Shown here one piece after another: positions 9,059 through 18,859 of a stretch of DNA of 35,353 bases (positions within the stretch are counted from its first letter, which is position 1; every line of letters starts with the position of its first letter). Made by a program: the position numbers and the translations under genes. This DNA is from a virus (taxonomy: Duplodnaviria; Caudoviricetes), in the IMG/VR virus record IMGVR_UViG_3300025018_001843, positions 1 through 35,353 of that record. One strand, given 5' to 3'. The notes beneath the pieces were generated by a model that had not been told where the DNA came from, did no database searches, and worked only from the letters and a program-made list of their open reading frames with translations.

Positions 9059-10218
9059 TGAATGTCTGGGAAAAACTACTCGAAAGTCTAAGAAAAGATC
9101 CTAGTTACAAACCTGCGGATGAAAAAGAGAAAGCCTTATTTGATGACGCTGTAAAAGCAATCGAAAAAGAAAACTCTGATGAAGCAGTTGATAAACTAGC
9201 TAACAAGTTAGTTGATAGCTTTGCGAAAGCAATGGCTGAAATTAATAAGGAAGCTGGGGCTAATTCATCTCAAAAGCAGAAAGCTATGAAGGGTGCAGGT
9301 GATAATACTACTGAAGGGAAGGAACTTTCAAAAGAAGAAAAGATTGTTAAATTCTTTGTTGCTGTTGCAAAAAAGGATGAGACTCAAATCAAGGCTTTGG
9401 CTGAAGGAACTGACGCTGATGGTGGTTATTTAGTACCTACTGAATTCAGAGCTGAAGTTGTAAGAGATCTTAATAAAAGACCTACTGCGATAAGAAGTAG
9501 AGCAAGAGTATTCCCTATGAGTAGAGACACTTTAGAATTACCAAAAGTAACATCTGAAGTACAGGTATTTTGGGGAACTGAAAACCAAAGTATGTCTACT
9601 ACTACAGCACAATTTGGCAATGTCCAACTTACTGCACATAGACTAAATGCTATCTTGAGAACATCAAGAGAGTTGGTTAATGACGCTTCTGTAAGCGTAG
9701 TTAACTTAATAGTTGAAATGTTTGCAGACGCTGTAGCTACTGCAGAGAATACTGCTTTCTTAACAGGAAACGGATCAGGTAAACCTAAGGGTGTAACAGC
9801 TTACACACTTAAGACTGTATCTGGAGCTCTTGGTGTTTCTTTAATTAACAGCATGTACTGGAGACTTCCTCAAGTTTACAGAGCTAATGCTGTATGGGTA
9901 ATGAACAGTGCTGATATTGAAACCTTAACAGGTGTTAAAGACACTACTGGTCGACCTATAATTCAAGAAGCTACTGAAGGCGGACTTCCAACTATAAAGG
10001 GAAGACCTGTGCTAGAAATTAACCAGTTAACTGCAGGTACTATTGTATTTGGGGACTGGAGGCACTACTTTGTAGGTGATAGAGAAAGAATGTCTGTTGA
10101 GACTTCTACAGAAGAGGGTAACTCATTTGCAAGACATCAGATCGCAATCAAGGTTGTTGAGCGATTAGATGGTAAACTTGCTTTGACTAACGCTTTTGTT
10201 AAAGGATCTATCAACTAA
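9058..10218 (+). CDS. HK97-family major capsid protein
   Basis: N-terminal helical delta-like region, DGGYLVP, SRELVNDA, GNGSGKPKG, A.WVMN, FGDW, ERLDG; SD-like GGGGGTGA upstream. Confidence 0.95.
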   Translation: MNVWEKLLESLRKDPSYKPADEKEKALFDDAVKAIEKENSDEAVDKLANKLVDSFAKAMAEINKEAGANSSQKQKAMKGAGDNTTEGKELSKEEKIVKFFVAVAKKDETQIKALAEGTDADGGYLVPTEFRAEVVRDLNKRPTAIRSRARVFPMSRDTLELPKVTSEVQVFWGTENQSMSTTTAQFGNVQLTAHRLNAILRTSRELVNDASVSVVNLIVEMFADAVATAENTAFLTGNGSGKPKGVTAYTLKTVSGALGVSLINSMYWRLPQVYRANAVWVMNSADIETLTGVKDTTGRPIIQEATEGGLPTIKGRPVLEINQLTAGTIVFGDWRHYFVGDRERMSVETSTEEGNSFARHQIAIKVVERLDGKLALTNAFVKGSIN

Positions 10219-10247
10219 CTTAGTTAGTCTTTGATCGAAATTTAAAC

Positions 10248-10276
10248 GGGAGGGGTATTACTGTATCCCTCCCTTT
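10248..10276 (+). terminator. Hairpin terminator/attenuator after the major capsid gene
   Basis: GGGAGGGGTA-ttactg-TATCCCTCCC followed by only TTT, so probably leaky. Confidence 0.65.
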
Positions 10277-10285
10277 GAAACAACT

Positions 10286-10501
10286 ATGGTAAAAATAAAA
10301 GCATTAAAAAAATTTATAAACCCTGAAACGCAAGAGGATGTCAGTAAAGATGATGTGCTCACAGTTTCAAATAATACAGCTCACACGCTTATTGATAATA
10401 ACCTTGCTAAACTTTACGCTCCTAGAGATAATAAAAGGGAGTATAAAGATAAAATGATGACTCCAAAGGTCAGCAAAAAAAGAGGTTATAATATTAAATA
10501 A
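10286..10501 (+). CDS. Small hypothetical head-associated protein
   Basis: Lies between the capsid and adaptor genes; no diagnostic motif. Confidence 0.6.
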   Translation: MVKIKALKKFINPETQEDVSKDDVLTVSNNTAHTLIDNNLAKLYAPRDNKREYKDKMMTPKVSKKRGYNIK

Positions 10502-10506
10502 GTAAT

Positions 10507-11094
10507 ATGAGCGATTTAAACAGTCACGCAATAACAACTGTAGCAAGGTATAAGTCCTATGCTGGAATAACTGACAATACGCAGGATGAAATAATAACCC
10601 TGCTAATTAATGCAGTTACCGAGTTTATAGAGAACCAAACAGGCAGAAGAATAAAAGAGACTGTCTACACCAACAAACTTATAAATGGGAGTGGTAATGG
10701 TATATTACAACTTCTTGCATTTCCTGTATCTACCTCTGCAGGCTTTTCAATACAATATAAAACCGACACAGATAGCTGGGACACTTTGGACAGCGATACC
10801 TATGAGATAGACTATGAGGCTGGGATAGTGAGATTAAAAGGGAGTATATTTAGTCAGGGTTACTCTAATTACAGGGTAAGCTTTACAGGTGGTTACAGCA
10901 ATATACCTGTGCAGGTTGCAGATCTAGAGTTTGCAAGTTGGAGGCTCATTAAGACTGCTCTATCCAAAAGAACTGGTGTTGAGGGTATAAGTCAGCAATC
11001 ACTCGGAAGTTACTCCGTTGTATTCTCTGACTCCTACTTCCTTAATAAAGAGGTCAAAGGGATAGTAGAGCAGTACAGAGTTTACAATGTATGA
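10507..11094 (+). CDS. Head-tail adaptor/connector (gp6/gp15-like)
   Basis: D..ITLLINAVTEFIENQTGR, FTGGY, SLGSYSVVF; position. Confidence 0.8.
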   Translation: MSDLNSHAITTVARYKSYAGITDNTQDEIITLLINAVTEFIENQTGRRIKETVYTNKLINGSGNGILQLLAFPVSTSAGFSIQYKTDTDSWDTLDSDTYEIDYEAGIVRLKGSIFSQGYSNYRVSFTGGYSNIPVQVADLEFASWRLIKTALSKRTGVEGISQQSLGSYSVVFSDSYFLNKEVKGIVEQYRVYNV

Positions 11095-11450
11095 GTTTAA
11101 TAGCGACACTTTTTGATAAAAGAATAACAATTACACGCTTAAAGGGTGTGTCAGGCTTTCGAGAGAGTTATCAATCTACAGCTACTGTAGATGGTGCGGT
11201 ACAGCCTATTGGTAATAGCGAGCGAGGTGGATTACCCAGCATTAACACTAAAGAGTATGTTGTATATGCTGATGTAAGTACCGATATTAAGTCTGGGGAT
11301 CATTTAGAGGTAGGGTTTAAGGATGCCACAGGGTATACTCGAAAAATAGAGAAGTTTTTAGTTAAAAGTGTTGAGTACCGAGTAGCTGGTGCAGGCGGTG
11401 GGCTAACTGAACACCTAGAGGCTCAGGTTGAAAAACTTACAACACAATAA
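11091..11450 (+). CDS. Probable head closure protein
   Basis: Synteny; beta-rich with the DIKSGD pattern typical of stopper proteins. Confidence 0.6.
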   Translation: MSLIATLFDKRITITRLKGVSGFRESYQSTATVDGAVQPIGNSERGGLPSINTKEYVVYADVSTDIKSGDHLEVGFKDATGYTRKIEKFLVKSVEYRVAGAGGGLTEHLEAQVEKLTTQ

Positions 11451-11920
11451 TGGCAAAGATTGAATACAACATTACATCAAACTTGGATAAGGTTGCTTAT
11501 GCCTTTGAAATGGCTCCTGAGGATACTGTTAGAAGTATACAAACAGCTATTGAATTGATAGCTTTTAGATTGGCAAGGGTGTCTGCTCCAAAAGCTCCCT
11601 CCGACACAGGTAAGTTACAAGGTGACTTAGCTAGACCTGAAATAAAACCTTTATATGCGAGGGTGGGGTCTAATAGGAATTATGCGGTGTTTGTACATGA
11701 GGGTACTAAACCTCACTACCCTCCAATTAAAGCACTTACAGGATGGGCTAGTAGGCACAATATAAGTCCTTATGTGGTAGCGAGGGCAATATCTAAAAGA
11801 GGGACTAAAGCAAACCCATTTTTAAAAGACTCTTTAGCTGAAACCGAGAGCTACAGGGAACAGACAATTTCAAAACAAATGAACTCGGTGTTACAATCTA
11901 TAGAAAGCAGGCATAAATAA
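11450..11920 (+). CDS. HK97 gp10-like tail completion protein
   Basis: APSDTGKL, YAVFVHEGT, GTKANPFL. Confidence 0.85.
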   Translation: MAKIEYNITSNLDKVAYAFEMAPEDTVRSIQTAIELIAFRLARVSAPKAPSDTGKLQGDLARPEIKPLYARVGSNRNYAVFVHEGTKPHYPPIKALTGWASRHNISPYVVARAISKRGTKANPFLKDSLAETESYREQTISKQMNSVLQSIESRHK

Positions 11921-11922
11921 TT

Positions 11923-12354
11923 ATGAGTTTTAAAATAGTACACGCAAAAATAGTCTCAAAGCTTAATTCTATAAGCAAAATACAGGATGTAAAAACGGAT
12001 CCTATATCCGACTTTAGCGGTTACCCAGCTTGTTATGTGGTAGAGAGCGACAGTGAATCCAGTTTTAATACAAATAAGGAAAACTTAAGAATTTACAGCT
12101 GGAATATAAGGTTATTTACACAGGTTAAGGATACTGACACAGGCTCCGCTTGGGCTGGCATGAGAGACCTTGTAGATGATGTACTAGATGCCTTTGATCA
12201 GGATTACCTATTATCGGGAATATCAATGCCAAGTGGCTATGATCTAATGGGACTTAGAGCGACACCATCGCTTTGGGTTTATTTGGAACAGGAAAAGCTG
12301 TTAATGGCTGAAGTAAAAATTTCTGCTATGGTGTCAGTTGATGTAAATGTGTAA
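11923..12354 (+). CDS. Probable tail terminator protein
   Basis: Synteny directly before the tail tube; YP..V and LVDDVLDAF pattern. Confidence 0.55.
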   Translation: MSFKIVHAKIVSKLNSISKIQDVKTDPISDFSGYPACYVVESDSESSFNTNKENLRIYSWNIRLFTQVKDTDTGSAWAGMRDLVDDVLDAFDQDYLLSGISMPSGYDLMGLRATPSLWVYLEQEKLLMAEVKISAMVSVDVNV

Positions 12355-12360
12355 AAGTAT

Positions 12361-12389
12361 TTGCATAAATATGTGCCTAGTGCAATAAT
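12361..12389 (+). promoter_or_regulatory. Putative promoter TTGCAT-N17-AATAAT with TAGTG extended motif
   Basis: 17-nt spacing; the ATG begins 7 nt after the last base of the -10 hexamer. Confidence 0.6.
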
Positions 12390-12395
12390 AAAACT

Positions 12396-13343
12396 ATGAG
12401 TAAATATATCGGAAGATTAGTTGAAATTGGAATCGCAAAAGAAAGCTCAAGAGGAGCTGGTGCAAACCCTGCGATTTGGTTACCTAAGGTTGAATTATCC
12501 GTTGCTGACAAAACAGAAGATGCAAGGGATGAGGCTTCTATAGGTGCTTTAGAGGACTCACTTGGAAAAGATGTTGTAGAAAAATACGCAGGTGGATCTA
12601 TAAGAGGACAGCTAAGATCAGACTTCATCGGATACATTTTATTAAATATGCTTGGTGCAGTTAACACTTCAGGATCAAGCACATATACTCACGCATTTAG
12701 TTTAAGCCATACAAATACTCATCAGAGTTTAAGTATGGATATTAAAGATCCTAACTCCTATGACAGATATAAATTAGCAATGCTCGACAGTATGAGCATA
12801 GAGTCAGAACTTGGCGACTATGTAATGTTTGAGAGCGAGTTTATTTCCAAAGTAGGACAGGCATTTACAGAGCAAACACCTTCTTACTCAGATGAAGGTA
12901 GATTTACAAAAGAACATGTGAAAGTTAAAGTTGCAAATGATATCGCTTCCTTAAGCGGTGCTTCTGTACTTAGTTTAAAGAAAGTTGCAGTTACTATCAG
13001 TAAAAACCTTATAAGAGACAGTGCTTTGGGTACTGTACAGCCTGAAGATATTTTAAACAGACAATTTTCTGTTGAGGGTGAGATACAACTTAACTTAACC
13101 GATGATACTTGGAGAGATTACATGCTAAATGGATCTCACAAGGCTATGGAAATAAAACTTGATAATGGCACTCAGAGTCTAACAATTCAGATGCCTAGAG
13201 TAGACTTTAGCGGTTGGGAACCTGACAGAGCTAATGATGAAATAGTTACACAAACTATTAACTTTAGAGCTAACAGGGACTTAGCTAATGATCTTGATTC
13301 CATCTCTACCTGTAGCTTGGTAAATACAAAAGCCAGTTACTAA
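12396..13343 (+). CDS. Major tail (tube) protein, siphovirus type
   Basis: IGIAKES..G, YTHAFS, beta-rich, 315 aa, followed by chaperones and TMP; no sheath gene present. Confidence 0.85.
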   Translation: MSKYIGRLVEIGIAKESSRGAGANPAIWLPKVELSVADKTEDARDEASIGALEDSLGKDVVEKYAGGSIRGQLRSDFIGYILLNMLGAVNTSGSSTYTHAFSLSHTNTHQSLSMDIKDPNSYDRYKLAMLDSMSIESELGDYVMFESEFISKVGQAFTEQTPSYSDEGRFTKEHVKVKVANDIASLSGASVLSLKKVAVTISKNLIRDSALGTVQPEDILNRQFSVEGEIQLNLTDDTWRDYMLNGSHKAMEIKLDNGTQSLTIQMPRVDFSGWEPDRANDEIVTQTINFRANRDLANDLDSISTCSLVNTKASY

Positions 13344-13373
13344 CATTTAATAAGACCTCCTAACTTTAATTCT

Positions 13374-13414
13374 ACCTCTCACTTAGCATGTTGCTCGGTG
13401 GGAGGTGTTTATTT
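13374..13414 (+). terminator. Hairpin terminator after the tail tube gene
   Basis: ACCTCTCAC-ttAGCA-tgt-TGCTcg-GTGGGAGGT followed by GTTTATTT. Confidence 0.65.
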
Positions 13415-13456
13415 ACCTATAGCGTAAATGGTTACTATGCGATACAATTAGTTAAT

Positions 13457-13840
13457 ATGAGTACTACAAAAAAACCCTCTAAAACTAGCAACAAATTTGT
13501 TGTTGTAAAGAAGTATAAGTTAGATCAGCTTGGTGAAGGTTGGGAAGACTGTTTTTTAAAATTTAAATCCGTCTCATATAATGAGTCTCTAGAGTTACGC
13601 AAGGAATATGACCTTGAGTACACTCGAGAAGAGATCCTTGCAGATCCTAAATTGCAGGATAAAGCTTCCTCTAACGCCTTAAGGTTACTTGGGGACTACT
13701 ATATAGAGGGACAGGGGTTTGATGGTGAGAAGGTTGTACCTATCGCCAAAGATGAGATTGGCAACTTGCCAGTTGATATCCTTGTAAACGCATTTTTATT
13801 CTTAACAGGTAATCAGGGTGTAACCGATTTAAAAGGTTAG
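13457..13840 (+). CDS. Tail assembly chaperone (gpG-like)
   Basis: Lies between tube and TMP. Start moved to MSTTKK (13457) because the track's start at 13388 lies inside the terminator hairpin. Confidence 0.75.
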   Translation: MSTTKKPSKTSNKFVVVKKYKLDQLGEGWEDCFLKFKSVSYNESLELRKEYDLEYTREEILADPKLQDKASSNALRLLGDYYIEGQGFDGEKVVPIAKDEIGNLPVDILVNAFLFLTGNQGVTDLKG

Positions 13841-14151
13841 AGGTCTTACGGGACTTAGTAAACGGAGTTATCCCTCCTCCGCCGTCAGACCAACAAGTAC
13901 AAGCGGATCCTGAAAGACTACAGCTATGGGAGGGTGACATGGCTACAACTTATGGTGACTCCGATGTTGTTAGGTGGGGTATTAACAGAATTCGAGAGTA
14001 CCAATACAGAAAACTATTTCATTTATCCAAAAAACAAATGATGGAGGAGCCTCTTGAGGACTTTAATATCAACATAACTATAGAGGACTTAATCAATGAG
14101 TATAGCGAGCGTAAAAGTCGGGAAGTTGTGAAAAAACCACATAAAGCATAA
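13828..14151 (+). CDS. -1 frameshift extension of the tail chaperone (gpGT-like)
   Basis: Slippery T TTA AAA at 13828-13834 just before the TAG; the -1 frame is open from there through ORF 13939..14151. Confidence 0.8.
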   Translation, partial: FKRLEVLRDLVNGVIPPPPSDQQVQADPERLQLWEGDMATTYGDSDVVRWGINRIREYQYRKLFHLSKKQMMEEPLEDFNINITIEDLINEYSERKSREVVKKPHKA

Positions 14152-14160
14152 AATAAAAGT

Positions 14161-16473
14161 ATGAGCAATCTTGGTGTCAATATAATAATTACTGCAAAAG
14201 ATCAAGCATCCGCTGTTTTTTCTAAACTATCGGGTAATATAGGCTCCTCGCAGAAGTCTTTATCGCAAAAAGCAACAGAGGTTGGCAGATCCTTTGCTAT
14301 TATGGGTACTGCTACAACAGGTGCTTTAGCTTTATCTGCTAAAACTGCAATTGACTTTGAAAGTGCCTTTGCAGGTGTTATTAAGACCTATGACTCAGTT
14401 ACAGGCTCCGCTTCGGATACCGAGAAGGAGTTAAAACAAATAGATGAGCGGTTTAGGGGCTTATCAAAAACAATCCCAGTTTCTTATGTAGAGCTATCAA
14501 AAATAGGTGAATTGGCAGGTCAACTTGGTGTTAGGGGTGTGGATCAAATGACTAAGTTTACCGACACTATAGCTAAAATATCCGTTGCTACTAACCTAAC
14601 CTCCGAACAGGCTGCGACAGATTTTGCTCGGATTTCTAATATAATGCAAGAGCCTATAGACAATGTTGATCGAATGGGTGCGACAGTTGTTGACTTGGGT
14701 AATAACTTTGCTACTACTGAGGTCGAAATATCAAACTTTGCTCAAAGGATAGCTGGTGCAGGTAGCATTGCAGGGTTGGTAACATCCGACATATTTGCCA
14801 TTGGTACAGCTATGAGCTCCGTTGGTGTAGAGGCTGAGGCTGGCGGTACTGCGGTGCAAAAGGTTTTAATAGCTATGAACACTGCTGTTGCTACAGGCAA
14901 TGAGGACTTGCAGTCATTCGCTTCTACAGCTGGAATGACAGTCGATCAATTTAAAGATTTATCACCTATTGAGAGATTTACAGCATTTGTAAGCGGTCTT
15001 GGTGATGCAGGCGATGGTGCTATCACAATGCTTGAGGATTTAGGACTACAGGATCAAAGGCTTATTAGATCCTTTTTATCATTGGCAAACGCAGGTGACT
15101 TGCTTGTTAATGCGGTTGATAAATCAAGTCAAGCTTGGGGCGAAAACTCTGCTCTTACTGAAGAGGCTGAGAAGAGGTTTGCTACTACTGCCTCACAAAT
15201 GGGAATACTTAAAAATAACCTTGCTTTGGTAAGTGCCACATTGGGCGAGGAGCTTTTACCTATAATAAACAAAGTTGTACAGGCAATGCTTCCATACGCT
15301 GAGAAAGTAGCTGAGTTTATAAAGGAGCATCCAAAACTTACTGTGGGTGTACTAGCTATAGTATCTGCTCTTGGTTTAATAGCTACTGCAATATTTGTAT
15401 TAACTCCTGTTGTTACAGGGCTTGTGAGCCTATTTTCTATACTTAGCACTGTATTTACTGTGGTAGGTGGTGTGATTGCAGGTATATCCGCTCCAGTACT
15501 AATAGTTATTGCAGTTATTGCAGGTTTAATAGCAATAGGGGTGTTACTATGGAAAAACTGGGACTTAGTTAAACAAAAAGCAAGCGAGCTTTGGGCTTGG
15601 TTGGTGCAAGTATGGGCTGGAATACAGGAAAGTATATCGCAGTTTATTACTAACGCCATTGCATTTTTTCAACAATTACCTGCAAGACTATTTGAGATAA
15701 TGAAAACTGTTATTACTGTCTCGCTATTTTGGTGGGTATATCTAGCAGGATTTTTATACACAATAATACCGACTATCCTGCAGTTTATATATGACTGGTG
15801 GCAACAGCTACCTGAAAAAATATCGGGCTGGTTACAGAACATGCAAGAGAGGGCTACAGCAATATTTGAATCTACTAAAGAGACTCTTGTAAACTTAGCT
15901 AGTGCTTTGGTTATAGGTATAGTAAGTTTTATAGCTACACTGCCTGCTAGAGCAGGGGCTTGGTTTGAGAGTACTAAACAAAAGGTTACTGAGGTGTGGG
16001 AAAACTTAAAAACTACTGTTATAAACGGAGCGAAGGCTATGGTCGATGGTGCGGTTAACTTTTTTGCTACACTGCCTGAGAGGGTTTTAAACGCTATTGG
16101 TGATCTAGCTAGGAAGGTGCGAGATAAAATAGTCGGAGCTTTCCAATCAGGTGTTAGGGCTGGCGAGAGCTTTAAGTTAAAAATAGAGGGTTTTCAATTT
16201 GGTGGTATGGTGCCAGGAGCTATGGGTAAACCTCAGCTTGCAGTAGTACATGGCGGTGAAGAGGTTATACCCTATCACTCTCAAAGACCATCAGGCGGTG
16301 GAGGAGGAGCTCCTTCAGGCGGTGGAGGTGCTTCTATTCAAATAAACTTAAACGCAGGTGCTTTTATGGGCTCTAGAGCAGAGGCTAGACAAATGGCTGA
16401 GGAGTTATATGCACAATTAGTAATTTTAGCTGGGTCACAGAATAAAACTGTTGCTCAATATATGGGAGGATAG
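14161..16473 (+). CDS. Tail tape measure protein (TP901-like core)
   Basis: AIDFESAF, AGQLG, LGNNFATTE, AEAGGTA, hydrophobic segment ending LLWKNWD, periodic W/F repeats, FQFGG...VHGGEEVIP end. Confidence 0.93.
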   Translation: MSNLGVNIIITAKDQASAVFSKLSGNIGSSQKSLSQKATEVGRSFAIMGTATTGALALSAKTAIDFESAFAGVIKTYDSVTGSASDTEKELKQIDERFRGLSKTIPVSYVELSKIGELAGQLGVRGVDQMTKFTDTIAKISVATNLTSEQAATDFARISNIMQEPIDNVDRMGATVVDLGNNFATTEVEISNFAQRIAGAGSIAGLVTSDIFAIGTAMSSVGVEAEAGGTAVQKVLIAMNTAVATGNEDLQSFASTAGMTVDQFKDLSPIERFTAFVSGLGDAGDGAITMLEDLGLQDQRLIRSFLSLANAGDLLVNAVDKSSQAWGENSALTEEAEKRFATTASQMGILKNNLALVSATLGEELLPIINKVVQAMLPYAEKVAEFIKEHPKLTVGVLAIVSALGLIATAIFVLTPVVTGLVSLFSILSTVFTVVGGVIAGISAPVLIVIAVIAGLIAIGVLLWKNWDLVKQKASELWAWLVQVWAGIQESISQFITNAIAFFQQLPARLFEIMKTVITVSLFWWVYLAGFLYTIIPTILQFIYDWWQQLPEKISGWLQNMQERATAIFESTKETLVNLASALVIGIVSFIATLPARAGAWFESTKQKVTEVWENLKTTVINGAKAMVDGAVNFFATLPERVLNAIGDLARKVRDKIVGAFQSGVRAGESFKLKIEGFQFGGMVPGAMGKPQLAVVHGGEEVIPYHSQRPSGGGGGAPSGGGGASIQINLNAGAFMGSRAEARQMAEELYAQLVILAGSQNKTVAQYMGG

Positions 16474-16474
16474 T

Positions 16475-16813
16475 ATGTACACATTAGGAGCAATTACATT
16501 ACCAAACCCACAGGAATTTTATCGGGATCCAGTTAAGGTGGGTACTAAGCACAGTATGTTGGATGGTACTACTAAAGAGGACATTATTACAAAAAAAGAA
16601 GTTTTTACTTTGGTATTTAGAAGGCTAACCCAGTCACAGGTTAATAGCATAATGACCGAATATGAAAAAAATAGTGCTTTAGATTTTGCTGTTAGCGAAA
16701 CAAACCTCACAGTAAATACAACATCCGTTTTAGTAGATATGCAAAGGAGAGCCTATAATAAAGGTGGGGATTACAGGGAGGACATTACCCTAATACTTAC
16801 TGAAGTTAGTTAA
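16475..16813 (+). CDS. Probable distal tail protein
   Basis: Directly after TMP; ATG 16475 avoids an overlap. Confidence 0.55.
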   Translation: MYTLGAITLPNPQEFYRDPVKVGTKHSMLDGTTKEDIITKKEVFTLVFRRLTQSQVNSIMTEYEKNSALDFAVSETNLTVNTTSVLVDMQRRAYNKGGDYREDITLILTEVS

Positions 16814-16819
16814 ATTATT

Positions 16820-18397
16820 ATGCAAGGAAGATCACAATCATCGCAGTCAATATGGACAGCATTTAATTCTATGACTACAGCTACTGTAAGAAAGCTGAAG
16901 TATGTGTTAAAGGTGTCATGGTTACGCAATACAAGTGCAGGGGTGTTTGGCATTGTGGGAACCTCTGTTGTTGATGGCGAGGATTTTGTTAAAGGTCTTA
17001 TATCCTCAGTAACTCCAAGCGATGCTTTTGAATACTCCGATGAGTCTGAAAATGTAATGTCTATAAGCTATGATAGAGTGTTAATAGAGCCTATGGGTGG
17101 TTTGGCGATGGCGATCCTCGATGTAAAACTATCCAATATGGACAAAAGATATACTCCTGAGGCTAATGCTACTATTGGAACAGCTATCCTTCCGAATAGA
17201 CCAACACACGCTAAAATAGGCTTTGAAGTACTATCTATAGGAAAAATGGTGGATGTATTTAAGGGTTTATCCCTAATGCCTGAGGAGAGCAAAGAGCAGA
17301 GGACTGTTGATATAACTTGTTATGACTATGTAAGGTTTTTAAATGAGTATCCTTTAGAAAGTACTATTTACCAAAACCAAAGATCCGATGAAATAATAGA
17401 GAGCATACTTACAGATGTAGGTTTGGGGTCTGCTCAATACACTCTGGACTTAGGTAAGAACACAATAGCATTTGCTTGGTTTGAAAAAGGTCAAACAGCT
17501 GGCGAGAGAATAAAGAAAATATGTGAGGCTGAGGATGCTGTGTTTTATCAGGATGAAAACGGGATTCTTAGATTTGAAAATAGAAATCATTACGGACAAA
17601 GTCCTTATAACTCGCCTATATGGGACATTGAACCCTCACATATAATATCTTGGGCTGAGGATAAGGGATCTAAAATAATAAATAGAGTACTTGTAAAAGC
17701 TACTCCCCGAACGGTTAAAGATGAAGTTATTGAGGTTTGGCGTAATGGTATAGAGGAACAGATAGATGGGTCGGGGTCTAAAACAATATGGGCTCAGTTT
17801 GAAAACCCTGTCACAGAGCTTACTACACCAGCACAGGATATAGATTTTAAAGCTTACACAGCAACTGCAGGGGGTGGTACAGACATAAGCTCGGATATTA
17901 CTGTTACTGCGACACTTTTTACAACTACTGTTAAGCTTGTTATAGATAATGCGAATGCAAACCCTGCTTATTTAAACCTTTTAAGGCTTAGGGGTAAAGG
18001 AGCCTTGCCTACTAGCGAAATAACAAGGGTGGCTTATGACCAATCCTCTATAGATAAATATGGGGAGCAACAGTTTGAGCTAAACAATGACTTTATAGAT
18101 GATGAGGACTTTGCTGAGTATATGGCTAACTCTATTATTACTAAGTACTCGGATCCTAAAAGAAGAATAAAGCTGGTGGTGCAAGGTGTACCTCAGCTAC
18201 AGCTTAGAGATATGGTGAGGGTTAAAGATCAAGACTTAGGTACTTATAAAAACTACAGAGTTATGAGAATAGTTGGAAAGTTAGACACAGGATTTACTCA
18301 GGACTTATACTTAAGAGAGGTTACCGATGATGAGTATGACAATTACGCTACTGTTGGCACATCACTAGTTGATGGGTCAGATGTAGTATCACCTTAA
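16820..18397 (+). CDS. Tail tip/baseplate hub protein
   Basis: LSNMDKRY.P, FYQDENGILRFENR, IINRV, DQSSIDKYG, QLQLRDMVRV. Confidence 0.75.
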   Translation: MQGRSQSSQSIWTAFNSMTTATVRKLKYVLKVSWLRNTSAGVFGIVGTSVVDGEDFVKGLISSVTPSDAFEYSDESENVMSISYDRVLIEPMGGLAMAILDVKLSNMDKRYTPEANATIGTAILPNRPTHAKIGFEVLSIGKMVDVFKGLSLMPEESKEQRTVDITCYDYVRFLNEYPLESTIYQNQRSDEIIESILTDVGLGSAQYTLDLGKNTIAFAWFEKGQTAGERIKKICEAEDAVFYQDENGILRFENRNHYGQSPYNSPIWDIEPSHIISWAEDKGSKIINRVLVKATPRTVKDEVIEVWRNGIEEQIDGSGSKTIWAQFENPVTELTTPAQDIDFKAYTATAGGGTDISSDITVTATLFTTTVKLVIDNANANPAYLNLLRLRGKGALPTSEITRVAYDQSSIDKYGEQQFELNNDFIDDEDFAEYMANSIITKYSDPKRRIKLVVQGVPQLQLRDMVRVKDQDLGTYKNYRVMRIVGKLDTGFTQDLYLREVTDDEYDNYATVGTSLVDGSDVVSP

Positions 18398-18399
18398 TT

Positions 18400-18831
18400 A
18401 TGCCAATAACCGAAGAGATAGTTAGAAAAGACACAGTTAATAGAAATCTTAAGGATGTAGGTATTCAGGAGGAGCTTTATATCGACTTATGCTCTAACAA
18501 AAATACCGATCAGAGTAGCTATCAGGATGTTGAGGGTGCTAATGTACTCATAGATTTTAGTCAGTATATAGGGTACAAAATGTTTTTAGAGGTGCAAGGT
18601 TATGTAGATAGTGGGACAGGGTCTTTTAAGCTTTACAATGTAACTGACTCGGCTGATATGACAAACGCTGAGGTAACTACTACACAAACATCTGCAGAAA
18701 GGGTCAGATCTAGTGAGATTACTAAACCTGAAAGCGGTGAGAAAACTATCAAGTTACAGCACAAAATAACAGGTGGTGGGGGTGGCGATAAGGTTTACTC
18801 CGTTAAGGGTAGGATAATATTTGTTTTATAA
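18400..18831 (+). CDS. Hypothetical tail-tip protein
   Basis: Beta-rich; position in the tail module. Confidence 0.5.
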   Translation: MPITEEIVRKDTVNRNLKDVGIQEELYIDLCSNKNTDQSSYQDVEGANVLIDFSQYIGYKMFLEVQGYVDSGTGSFKLYNVTDSADMTNAEVTTTQTSAERVRSSEITKPESGEKTIKLQHKITGGGGGDKVYSVKGRIIFVL

Positions 18832-18853
18832 AGTTTAACTCTAGTGCTAATAT
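18825..18853 (+). promoter_or_regulatory. Putative promoter TTTATA-N17-TAATAT with TAGTG extended motif
   Basis: CTAGTGcTAATAT; ATG 18860 is 7 nt after the -10. Confidence 0.55.
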
Positions 18854-18859
18854 ATAAAT

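Noticed and set aside
10214-10228. ACTAACT-t-AGTTAGT palindrome at the capsid stop codon
   Set aside because: Short, AT-rich and single-copy; no function can be supported.
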